From positions 6,513-70,512 of the forward strand of contig JANXVU010000089.1 of NCBI GenBank assembly GCA_025351485.1: a stretch of DNA of 64,000 nucleotides, read 5' to 3'. Below are positions 26,613-34,663 of this stretch, piece after piece (within the stretch, counting starts at the first letter, position 1; every line of letters starts with the position of its first letter). Source of the DNA: Candidatus Eiseniibacteriota bacterium. Lineage in GTDB: Bacteria > Eisenbacteria > RBG-16-71-46 > JACRLI01. The translations under genes and the position numbers were made by a program. The notes beneath the pieces were generated by a model. It was given only the letters and a program-made list of their open reading frames with translations. It did not search any database and was not told the origin of the DNA.

Positions 26613-27157
26613 TCTCCCCGGACGATTATCTGTCCGTGGGCGTGGTGACGCGTTCTCACGGCCTCAAGGGTGAGGTGGTGGTGGACACCGAGCCCGGCGC
26701 GACCGACTTTCTCACGGCGCTCCCGCCGCTCTGGATCCTGGACGGTGAAGAGCCCGTCCGGCTGGAGCTGAAGAAGATCCAGCAGGTGAGCCGCCGGTTC
26801 GTGTTCCGGTTCGAGGGCTACCGCAAGCGCGAGGTGGGCGACCGGCTGATCGGCAAGCGCCTGTGGGCCAAACGGTCCGACCTGGAAATGCCCGAGGGGG
26901 CCTACGCCGTCCATGACCTGCTCGGGATCGCGGTGCGGCTCGAGGACGGCGCCGCGCTTGGAACGCTCGCGGACGTGCTTCTGACCGGGGCCAACGACGT
27001 GTACGTGGTTCGCGGCGAGCGCGGCGAATGGTACCTGCCGGCCACCGACCAGGTGGTGCTGGAAATGGACCTGGAGGCGCGCACCATGACCGTGAAGCTC
27101 CTGCCCGGGATGGAGCCGCAGACACCGACCGGGGCAGCCGGGACCGATGGCGAATGA
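26609..27157 (+). CDS. rimM: 16S rRNA processing protein RimM
   Basis: Motifs …VGVVTRSHGLKGEVVV… and the PRC-barrel C-terminus. Candidate TTG start overlaps the KH-gene stop; the exact start is uncertain. Confidence 0.7.
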   Translation: MISPDDYLSVGVVTRSHGLKGEVVVDTEPGATDFLTALPPLWILDGEEPVRLELKKIQQVSRRFVFRFEGYRKREVGDRLIGKRLWAKRSDLEMPEGAYAVHDLLGIAVRLEDGAALGTLADVLLTGANDVYVVRGERGEWYLPATDQVVLEMDLEARTMTVKLLPGMEPQTPTGAAGTDGE

Positions 27158-27899
27158 AACAGCGAGGCCGCTCCGGATCTCCGTCGTGACGATCTTTCCG
27201 GAGCTGGTAAAGGCTTTTTCGAGCGAAGGCGTGCTGCGCCTGGCGGTGGAAAAAGGCGCCATGGAGATCCACCCGGTGGACCTCCGCGATTTCACGCACG
27301 ATCGGCACCGCACCGTGGACGACTCGCCCTTTGGCGGCGGCCCCGGAATGGTGCTCAAGCCCGAGCCCTTGTTCGATGCGCTGGAGAGCCTGCCGGAGGA
27401 GTCGCGCCGGCGGATCATTCTGTTGAGCCCCCAGGGGCGTACGTTCCACCAGGAGCGGGCCCGGGAGCTGGCCGAGGGCGGGGACTTCACCATGATCGCC
27501 GGGCACTACAAGGCCCTGGACGAGCGGGTGGTGGAGCACTTCCAGCCAGAGGAACTGTCGCTGGGCGACTACGTGCTCTCGGGTGGGGAGATGGCGGCCG
27601 GCGTGGTCATGGACTGCGTCGCGCGGCTGTTGCCGGGAGTTCTGAACGATTTTGACAGCGCGGCCGGGGATTCCTTCTACGAAGGCCTTCTCGACTGCGC
27701 CTACTACACCCGTCCCGCGGAATTTCGCGGAATGCGGGCTCCCGAGGTGCTGCTTTCGGGCAATCACGCCCTGATCGAGCGGCACCGAAGGAAGGAAGCG
27801 TTACGCCGAACACTGGAACGGCGGCCGGATCTGCTTGAATCCAGAAAACTGACCCCGGAGGAGAGGCGGTTGCTCGCGGAGATCCGCGGCGGGCAGTAG
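27147..27899 (+). CDS. trmD: tRNA (guanine37-N1)-methyltransferase
   Basis: SPOUT-fold TrmD signature (…[12 protein letters not shown]… [10 protein letters not shown]… LSGGE…). Confidence 0.9.
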   Translation: MANETARPLRISVVTIFPELVKAFSSEGVLRLAVEKGAMEIHPVDLRDFTHDRHRTVDDSPFGGGPGMVLKPEPLFDALESLPEESRRRIILLSPQGRTFHQERARELAEGGDFTMIAGHYKALDERVVEHFQPEELSLGDYVLSGGEMAAGVVMDCVARLLPGVLNDFDSAAGDSFYEGLLDCAYYTRPAEFRGMRAPEVLLSGNHALIERHRRKEALRRTLERRPDLLESRKLTPEERRLLAEIRGGQ

Positions 27900-27931
27900 C
27901 AGCGCCTCGTGCACTAAGGAGAGAGAGAGTC

Positions 27932-28357
27932 ATGGAACTCGTCAAGACGGTTGAAAGCCCGCACTACCAGAAGCACTTCTCGGAATTCGGCCCGGGGGAC
28001 ACGATCAAGGTCCACGTGCGCGTGATCGAGGGTGAAAAAGAGCGTTCGCAGATTTTCCAGGGCATCGTTTCGAACCGGCGTGGCGGTGGTCTTTCGGAGA
28101 CCTTCACCGTGCGCAAGATGAGCCTGGGCGTCGGGGTCGAGCGAATTTTCCCGATCCACTCGCCGAGCATCGCGCGCATCGAACTGGTCCGCAAGGGCAA
28201 GGTCCGCCGCGCCAAGCTGTACTACCTGCGCAAGCAGAAGACCGACCGCCTGTCCGCCTCGCGCGAGACGCTGGTGCGCGAGACTTCCCAGGCGTCCAAG
28301 AAGGTCAAGAAGGTCGAAGTCCCGGTCACGCCGGACGGCGAGGCCGTTCCGGAGTAG
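27932..28357 (+). CDS. rplS: 50S ribosomal protein L19 (with a short basic C-terminal extension)
   Basis: Conserved L19 core (…[28 protein letters not shown]… SPSI… [17 protein letters not shown]…). Confidence 0.9.
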   Translation: MELVKTVESPHYQKHFSEFGPGDTIKVHVRVIEGEKERSQIFQGIVSNRRGGGLSETFTVRKMSLGVGVERIFPIHSPSIARIELVRKGKVRRAKLYYLRKQKTDRLSASRETLVRETSQASKKVKKVEVPVTPDGEAVPE

Positions 28358-28367
28358 CGGAAAAGCC

Positions 28368-29051
28368 ATGGCCAGCGCGGGAAAGGATTCCCGTTCCGCC
28401 GGCGGGCCACGGCCCGCCCGGACGGCCGATGCGCGGTACGCCTACGAGCGCGAGCTCGCGGGAAGCCCATCGGGCCTGGTGTGCGGAGTGGACGAGGCCG
28501 GACGGGGACCCCTGGCCGGTCCGGTGGTGGCCGCCGCGGTGATCCTGCGGCCCGAGTGCCGGCTGAGCGCCCGGGTGACCGATTCCAAGATGCTGGACCT
28601 CCCGGGGCGGAGGCGCGCGATGGATGAAATCGCCGCCTCCGCCCTGTCTTTTTGCTGGCGCGCCATTTCGGCCGCCCACATCGACCGGATCAATATCCGG
28701 CAGGCCAGTTTCGCGGCCATGCGCGGCGCGGTGGAAGGGTTGGGCCTCCTGCCCGACGTGATCGTCACCGACGGCGAGCCCTGCCCCGGAATGCCGGCGC
28801 GCACGGTCGGTTTTCCCAGGGCCGACTTTCTGGTGCCCGCGGTTTCCGCCGCGAGCGTCGTGGCCAAGCTGGTCCGCGACGTGATCATGGAAGACCTGGC
28901 CCGGCTCCACCCCGAGTTCGGCTTCGAGCGCCACAAGGGCTACCCCACGCCCGAGCACCTGGCGGCGCTGCGGCTCCACGGTCCATGCCGCGAACACCGC
29001 CGGAGCTACGCGCCGGTGCGCGAGTGCGTGGAGCTGACCCTGGGTCTGTAG
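28368..29051 (+). CDS. rnhB: Ribonuclease HII
   Basis: Catalytic DEAGRGPLAGPVV motif and the SK…DS…KGY region. Confidence 0.85.
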   Translation: MASAGKDSRSAGGPRPARTADARYAYERELAGSPSGLVCGVDEAGRGPLAGPVVAAAVILRPECRLSARVTDSKMLDLPGRRRAMDEIAASALSFCWRAISAAHIDRINIRQASFAAMRGAVEGLGLLPDVIVTDGEPCPGMPARTVGFPRADFLVPAVSAASVVAKLVRDVIMEDLARLHPEFGFERHKGYPTPEHLAALRLHGPCREHRRSYAPVRECVELTLGL

Positions 29052-29137
29052 CGGTTCACGGCAGAGCTGCCGCGCCCCTCAATCCTGCAACACCGTGCAC
29101 GGCCCCTCGAGTTCCTCCCCCGCACGAAAGTCCCATC

Positions 29138-29506
29138 ATGGACAGGCAACACACCGGCCGGGCGGCCGAGGACCTGGCGCTGGCCTACCTGACGCTTCGG
29201 GGCTACGCGTTCCTGGCGCGCGGATTTCGCTCCGGCAAGGCGGAAGTGGATCTGGTCATGCAGGACGATCAGACGGTTGTATTCGTGGAGGTGAAGTACC
29301 GCGGCCCGGGCTCGCTCGGACGGAGCTCCGAGGTGGTGCATGCGGGCCAGCGGTCCCGGATCGAGTCCGCGGCCGCGGACTGGCTGGCACGGTTCGGGCT
29401 CGCGGACGCGCGGTTTGACGTGGTGGCGATCGACGACGGTCCGGGAGGGCTGCGCCTGGCGCACCATCGCGGGGCATTCGGGGCGAGCGGAAGGAGGCCC
29501 GGCTGA
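29138..29506 (+). CDS. yraN: YraN-family (UPF0102) endonuclease-like protein
   Basis: Conserved …GEVDLV…V.VEVK.R… core. Usual position after rnhB. Confidence 0.7.
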   Translation: MDRQHTGRAAEDLALAYLTLRGYAFLARGFRSGKAEVDLVMQDDQTVVFVEVKYRGPGSLGRSSEVVHAGQRSRIESAAADWLARFGLADARFDVVAIDDGPGGLRLAHHRGAFGASGRRPG

Positions 29507-29848
29507 CCGCAGGGCACAAGAAGAGCGCCCGCAAAGGGTTCCCCGCGGGCGCCGTGAATCCAGAGATCCTGGTGCTCTCTAGCCAGGTGGTAGTCCCGGG
29601 ACCGCTTCAGGAATCTCCCGAAGGAGTTTCACACCACGGCCGCGAAAAGGACCCCGACACAAGAGTTCGTTAGCCCAAGATCAATCGGACGACACGGGCG
29701 CGGCAGGGAATCCTCCCCGGGCGCTCGGATCCGGGCCCGTACCGGCCCCGGCTGCATCTCCCCCACCCATTTCACACCTATGCCCTGCATATCGGCACGC
29801 CCGGCGCGACCTTGAGTGAAAAATGCTTCGTCCGCGGAGGTTTTCCGG

Positions 29849-30763
29849 TTATCGGCTCCAGCTCAACGCCAGTCGCGCCGTGCCTTTCTCCGACTGGATC
29901 CCGTTGAGCCTGGAGGCCAACGGGAGTTGCACGATCAGGTCCAGGGTGAGCGGGGCCAGCGCGGTGCACCGGACGCTGGGAGTGAGGAACAGCACCCCGC
30001 CGCCGGTGTTGGGATCCCGGCCGTCCGGCCCGGTCAGGTCAAAGTCGGCGACCCGGCCATTCAACTCCGCGGCCAGCTGCCACTCGGGGCTGAGGGCGCG
30101 CGCATAGCCGGCGTTGAAGAGAGCGGCATTCCCGTAGTGGTAGCCGTGGGAGTTGGTGGCGTTGAACCGGCCGAGCAGACTGACGCTGAGCGCGGCCCGG
30201 CCCTCGATGTGGTCCAGGGCAAGTCCCAGCGACCACGCCGCGGCTCCCGTTCCGGGCTGCAGGTGGGCATCCAGGCGGCCGCCGTCGTCGTCCATGGCCT
30301 CGTTGGAGCCGGTCGGCAGAGTCACCGATCCGGTCAGGGCCAGCGCCCCGGTTCGCTGCATCAGACCCTCGAAGGAAGAGATGTCCAGCCGGGCCTGAAG
30401 ATCCGCGTCCCCAAAGCCGTGGCTGCGGGCCTCGCTGTCCGGCTCGCCCTGCGGGGAGCGGGTATTGCTCTTGATCGCGTACGGCGCGCGGGCCCGAAAG
30501 CTCCAGCGCTGGTCGGGCCGGAACAGGACGAACGCCGCCAGCCGGTGCTCGCGCTGCGACTCCTCGCCCGGTCCGTCGTCCAGCGCATTGGACTTGGACA
30601 GATACTGGTCCTCGAACCCGTAGCTCCACCCGGGCTCACCGGAGCCGAGCAGGTAACCGGCCGGCGTGGGGCTTCCGCACAGGCACTGGCTGCACGCCCG
30701 GGTGGTTCCGGGCGCAGCCAGCGCCAGTGCCGCCAGAGCAGCGGCCAGCATATGGCGTTGCAT
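29849..30763 (-). CDS. Putative outer-membrane beta-barrel protein (transporter/'MetA-pathway'-like), hypothetical
   Basis: Signal peptide (MQRHMLAAALAALALAAPG). Alternating amphipathic strands and a C-terminal aromatic residue (…LALSWSR end). Confidence 0.45.
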   Translation of the reverse strand: MQRHMLAAALAALALAAPGTTRACSQCLCGSPTPAGYLLGSGEPGWSYGFEDQYLSKSNALDDGPGEESQREHRLAAFVLFRPDQRWSFRARAPYAIKSNTRSPQGEPDSEARSHGFGDADLQARLDISSFEGLMQRTGALALTGSVTLPTGSNEAMDDDGGRLDAHLQPGTGAAAWSLGLALDHIEGRAALSVSLLGRFNATNSHGYHYGNAALFNAGYARALSPEWQLAAELNGRVADFDLTGPDGRDPNTGGGVLFLTPSVRCTALAPLTLDLIVQLPLASRLNGIQSEKGTARLALSWSR

Positions 30764-30921
30764 GATGTGTCCTCCTGGATCCACGCCGGGGCCACCTCGG
30801 ACGGACGTTGCGGGCGGGGAAAGTTAACCCCGGGAGCATAACGCCGCCCGCGGCGATCGTCCCTAGCGCGCGCCCGAAACGACCTTGAGGACGTAACGCC
30901 GCTCTGCCACACTGCCCAGTC

Positions 30922-32064
30922 ATGCCTCCTCGCAAGATATTAGTCCTGCACGCGTCCGCGGGAGCCGGCCACACCCAGGCGGCCATGGGCGTGGCCGACG
31001 CCCTCGGGGCCCAGGATCCGTCCCTGGAAGTGATCGTGGCCGACACGCTGCAGTTTTCCACCACCATGTTTCGACGCGGCTACGTGGCGTCCTACAACAG
31101 CATGGTTCGGCGCGCCCCGGGACTGTGGGGGTTCCTGTACGCCAGGACCGCCAATCGCCGGATCGACCGCATCACCACGCCGCCGCGGCTCACGTTCGAC
31201 AAGCTGAGCGTGCGCCGGATGAAGGACTTCCTGAAGCGCGAGCGGCCCGATGCCGTGGTGTCCACCCACTTCCTGCCGCTGGCCCTTCTTTCGGACCTCC
31301 GGATGAACCACCCCGACCAGTTTCCGTGGCCCCTCTACTGCGTGATCACCGATTTTACCGCCCACCCGTTCTGGGTGGTGGAGGGGATCCATCGCTACTT
31401 CGTTTCCTCCGACAACGTGGTGGATGAACTCGCCGAGCAGGACGTGCCACGGGAAAAAGTGGTGGTTACCGGGATCCCTGTGAATCCCCGGTTCGCGCTC
31501 CGCGGAAACCAGGCGGAGGCCCGCGCCCGAGTGGGGCTTCACACCGACCGTCCGACGGTCCTGGTGATGGGCGGAGGAGTCGGGATGGGGCGCCTCGGAG
31601 AGGTCGTGGAACGGGTGCTGAACGCCGGGCCGGAGTACCAGTGCATCGCGGTGTGCGGCCGGAACGCGCGGCTCCGCCGCTCGCTCCAGGCGCGCTACGA
31701 GGACGCGGAGGAGCGGGACGGCCGCATCGCCATTCGCGGCTTCGTCAAGGACGTGGACCGGCTCATGGACGCGGCCTTGCTGGTGATCAGCAAGGCCGGC
31801 GGCCTGACCAGTTCCGAGACCCTGGCCAAGGGCCTGCCCATGCTGATCCTGGATCCGATTCCCGGCCAGGAGGAACACAACTGCAACTTCCTGGAGCGGG
31901 TCGGCGCCGGGATACGCCTCAAGAGCGTGGACGAGGTGGGCGAGCGAGTGAGAGAGGTGCTGGGGCCGGACGGGCGCTGGAAGGACATGTCGAAGGCGGC
32001 CGAGGGCGCCGGGCGTCCGCTGGCGGCGGAGACGGTGGCCCGACTGGTGCTGGCGGGGCCCTAG
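30922..32064 (+). CDS. Monoglycosyl-diacylglycerol synthase-like glycosyltransferase (GT28/MGDG-synthase/UgtP family)
   Basis: N-terminal MGDG_synth-like domain (…ILVLHASAGAGH…) and C-terminal GT-B motif (…VISKAGGLTSSETLAKGLPMLILDPIPGQEEHN…). Confidence 0.75.
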   Translation: MPPRKILVLHASAGAGHTQAAMGVADALGAQDPSLEVIVADTLQFSTTMFRRGYVASYNSMVRRAPGLWGFLYARTANRRIDRITTPPRLTFDKLSVRRMKDFLKRERPDAVVSTHFLPLALLSDLRMNHPDQFPWPLYCVITDFTAHPFWVVEGIHRYFVSSDNVVDELAEQDVPREKVVVTGIPVNPRFALRGNQAEARARVGLHTDRPTVLVMGGGVGMGRLGEVVERVLNAGPEYQCIAVCGRNARLRRSLQARYEDAEERDGRIAIRGFVKDVDRLMDAALLVISKAGGLTSSETLAKGLPMLILDPIPGQEEHNCNFLERVGAGIRLKSVDEVGERVREVLGPDGRWKDMSKAAEGAGRPLAAETVARLVLAGP

Positions 32065-32727
32065 ATGGAACATCCCATGCCCGTGAAGCCCATATCCGAC
32101 GGCGCGCCGGGGCGCGAAGATCTCCGCCGCCGCGGCCGGGCGTTGGAATGGCTCACGCTGCTCTTTTGCGCGGTGGAAGCGGGCGTGGGGATCTTCGAGG
32201 GGCGGGCTTCTTCCAGCGTGGCGCTGCTCGGCTTCGGATTGCAGAGCCTGATCGAAGGGGCCTCCGGGGCCACCATCCTGTGGCGCCTTCGCGGCGGGCA
32301 GGCGGGGGGCGGCCGCGCCAGTGAACTGCGCGCGCTCCGGCTGATCGGGTTCTCGCTGCTGGCGGTGGCGGCCTACATCCTGTGGGAGGCCGTCCGGGAC
32401 TTGTACTTGAGCGAACGTCCGGGCCACAGCGTGGTGGGCATCGCGCTCGCGGTTTTCTCGCTGGTGTCCATGCCGCTGCTGGCCCACGCCAAGCGGGCGG
32501 TGGCCCGCGGGCTGCACAGCGCCGCCATGCGCGCCGACGCGGTGCACACCGACGTCTGCACCTGGCAGGCCGCGATCATGCTCGCGGGCCTGGGTCTTCA
32601 CGTGGGCCTGGGGTGGTGGTGGGCGGACCCGGTGGCCGCGCTGCTGATGGTGCCGCTCATCGCGCGCGAGGGTGTCCGCGCGCTGCGGGGCGAGAGCTGC
32701 GGTTGCGTGGAATGTATCGACGACTAA
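32065..32727 (+). CDS. Cation-diffusion-facilitator-like membrane protein (transmembrane domain only)
   Basis: CDF TM2/TM5-like motifs (…AMRADAVHTDVCTW…). About 220 aa with no cytoplasmic C-terminal domain. The ATG directly abuts the upstream stop. Confidence 0.45.
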   Translation: MEHPMPVKPISDGAPGREDLRRRGRALEWLTLLFCAVEAGVGIFEGRASSSVALLGFGLQSLIEGASGATILWRLRGGQAGGGRASELRALRLIGFSLLAVAAYILWEAVRDLYLSERPGHSVVGIALAVFSLVSMPLLAHAKRAVARGLHSAAMRADAVHTDVCTWQAAIMLAGLGLHVGLGWWWADPVAALLMVPLIAREGVRALRGESCGCVECIDD

Positions 32728-32731
32728 GCGG

Positions 32732-34663
32732 CTAGTAGCTTCCGGAGGACGAATCCGGCGGCGCGTCGGACGAAGAGTCCGAGGCCTCCGTCGGCGGCGT
32801 TTCCTGCTCGGGGGCCGGGGCCGGCTCCGGCGCCGCCACGGGCTCGGGTAGGGCCGGCTCGGCCGCCACCGGCTCTTCCACCGGCTCCGGCTCCTTCAAT
32901 CCTTCCAGCACCGCCCTGGCCCACGCCGGTGCATTCTTCTTCCGGATGATGCCGCGAAAGCCCCTCGACTCGCTCCGGAGGTCGGGCGATGCCCCGGCCC
33001 TGAAACTGCATGTGATCCCGGTCTCTCCCGAATTGAACGCGCCGCCCCGCGCGGAGTACCGCGCGCCCGGACGCGTCACGCCCTCGGCCAATTCTTCCGC
33101 CGTGCCCGCGCCGCCCGCGATCATCTCGAAGATCTCCTTCACGAACTTGTCGCGGCAGATCTCGGAGACGTTGCCGTTCATGTCCACGAGCCCCCACGGG
33201 TTGGGCTTCTTCTGGCCCACCGGGTGGGTGACGCCATTCGAATTGTCGCTGAACCAGGCGCGCTCGGGGTCCTTGGAGTCGCCCCACGGGTAGCGGGTGC
33301 GGGTGCCGGCGCGGCAGGCGTATTCCCATTCGGCTTCGGACGGGAGCTCGGCGCCCACGGCGTCGCAGTACTTGCGCATTTCGTTCCAGCTCAGGTACAC
33401 CGCCGGGTTTTTTTCACCGCCGTCCAGGGAGATGGCATCGTTCAGGGCGCCGTGGCGGACTTCGATGTCGGTCAGGCCGTGCGGGTCGCGCTCCTTCTTG
33501 GGGGTGGGCATGTAGCGGGACGGCAGCACCTGCGCGCGCACCGAACAGAACTCGCAGCTCTTGTCGTGCCCGGTGTGCTGGGCCAGGAAACGCTCCCAGG
33601 TGATGGGAGTCTTGTCGATCAGGAACGTGTCGAGCGTCACTTCCACGGGCGGCTGTTCGGCCGGTGTGCCGTCCGCATCGCCCATCAGGAACGTGCCGGC
33701 CGGGACCAGCACCATCACCGACCCATCGGTGGTGCGGCGGAACTCCGGCAGGCCCTGCTCGTTCGTCCCCAGCGGCTCCAGGCGCGGGCCGGTCTCCTTG
33801 GCCGGGCCGGCGGCGGCGGTCGACCCGCCCGCTCCAGCCGGGGCGCTCCACGAGCCGGCGCCGATTTCGGGCATGGAACCGGACGAGCCGCCCAGCAGGG
33901 AAGAGAGCTCCGCGAGGCTGCTCATGCGCTGGTCGGGCTCGCGCGCCAGCAGCCTGGAGAGCAGCGCCCGGGCCGCTTCAGGGGCCGGGGACAGGTCGGC
34001 ATCCCGGGTCATGATGGCGGCGATGACCTGGCGCGGCGATCCCGTGAACGGCGGGCGTCCGGTGAGCATTTCGAAAAACACCGCGCCCAGGGAAAAGAGC
34101 GTGGCGCGCGAGCTGGCGCCGATCTCTTCGTATTCCGGAGCGGTGTAGGCCGAGAGCGTGAAGTTGGGGGGCAGCTTGCGAGTGGCGAACAGCGACGGCA
34201 GGAAGTAGTCGTCCAGCTTGGCGCCGTCATCCCGCAGGCACACCGCGTCCGGGTACAGCACCGGCATCGGGACGCCGCGGTCTTCCATGGTCTTCAGGGC
34301 CCGCGCCAGGTCGCGCAGGTAGCCCAGCGCCGCGTCAGCCCCCAGCGATCCGCCGGAGGCGATCCGGTCGCGCAGGGTGGTGCCCGCGGCTTCGGTCACC
34401 ACCAGCAGATCGCCGCCCTCGCTGTCGTTCAGCTTGAAATCCAGGATGCCCAGGAGCCCCACGGAAAAGGGCTCCGCGATGGTCTCCAGGTCCGAGGTCT
34501 GCGGGGAATGTTCCGGTGAAACCGACTTCAGGCTCGCCTTGACCCCGGACTGGCCGCGCACGCTGTACTGTTCGTAGATCTCGTTGCGGCGCAGCCCCAG
34601 CTCGACGGTCCAATCGCCGAGCGGGCTCTTGTCGGGGCTGTAGCGAAACCCGTCGCTAGACAA
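32732..34663 (-). CDS. Pseudokinase-like domain fused to a formylglycine-generating-enzyme (FGE/SUMF1) family domain
   Basis: The N-terminal about 270 aa has a kinase-like fold with an APE motif, but the Gly-loop, VAIK Lys, HRD and DFG motifs are degenerate. The C-terminal about 250 aa match the FGE-sulfatase domain (…FLMGD… NPWGL.DM.GNV.E…). It overlaps the upstream ClpB/V-like gene by 8 nt, so the two are probably co-transcribed. Confidence 0.65.
   Translation of the reverse strand: MSSDGFRYSPDKSPLGDWTVELGLRRNEIYEQYSVRGQSGVKASLKSVSPEHSPQTSDLETIAEPFSVGLLGILDFKLNDSEGGDLLVVTEAAGTTLRDRIASGGSLGADAALGYLRDLARALKTMEDRGVPMPVLYPDAVCLRDDGAKLDDYFLPSLFATRKLPPNFTLSAYTAPEYEEIGASSRATLFSLGAVFFEMLTGRPPFTGSPRQVIAAIMTRDADLSPAPEAARALLSRLLAREPDQRMSSLAELSSLLGGSSGSMPEIGAGSWSAPAGAGGSTAAAGPAKETGPRLEPLGTNEQGLPEFRRTTDGSVMVLVPAGTFLMGDADGTPAEQPPVEVTLDTFLIDKTPITWERFLAQHTGHDKSCEFCSVRAQVLPSRYMPTPKKERDPHGLTDIEVRHGALNDAISLDGGEKNPAVYLSWNEMRKYCDAVGAELPSEAEWEYACRAGTRTRYPWGDSKDPERAWFSDNSNGVTHPVGQKKPNPWGLVDMNGNVSEICRDKFVKEIFEMIAGGAGTAEELAEGVTRPGARYSARGGAFNSGETGITCSFRAGASPDLRSESRGFRGIIRKKNAPAWARAVLEGLKEPEPVEEPVAAEPALPEPVAAPEPAPAPEQETPPTEASDSSSDAPPDSSSGSY

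Noticed and set aside
29507-29848. 342-nt intergenic region after yraN, checked for a tRNA/ncRNA or a clean terminator
   Set aside because: Only a weak GC hairpin (GCGCCCGC…GCGGGCGC at 29525-29552) with no T-run. No cloverleaf-like structure or conserved ncRNA motif recognised by eye.
30940-32601. 553-aa minus-strand ORF across the MGDG-synthase-like and CDF-like genes
   Set aside because: Antisense artefact spanning two plus-strand genes. No domain.
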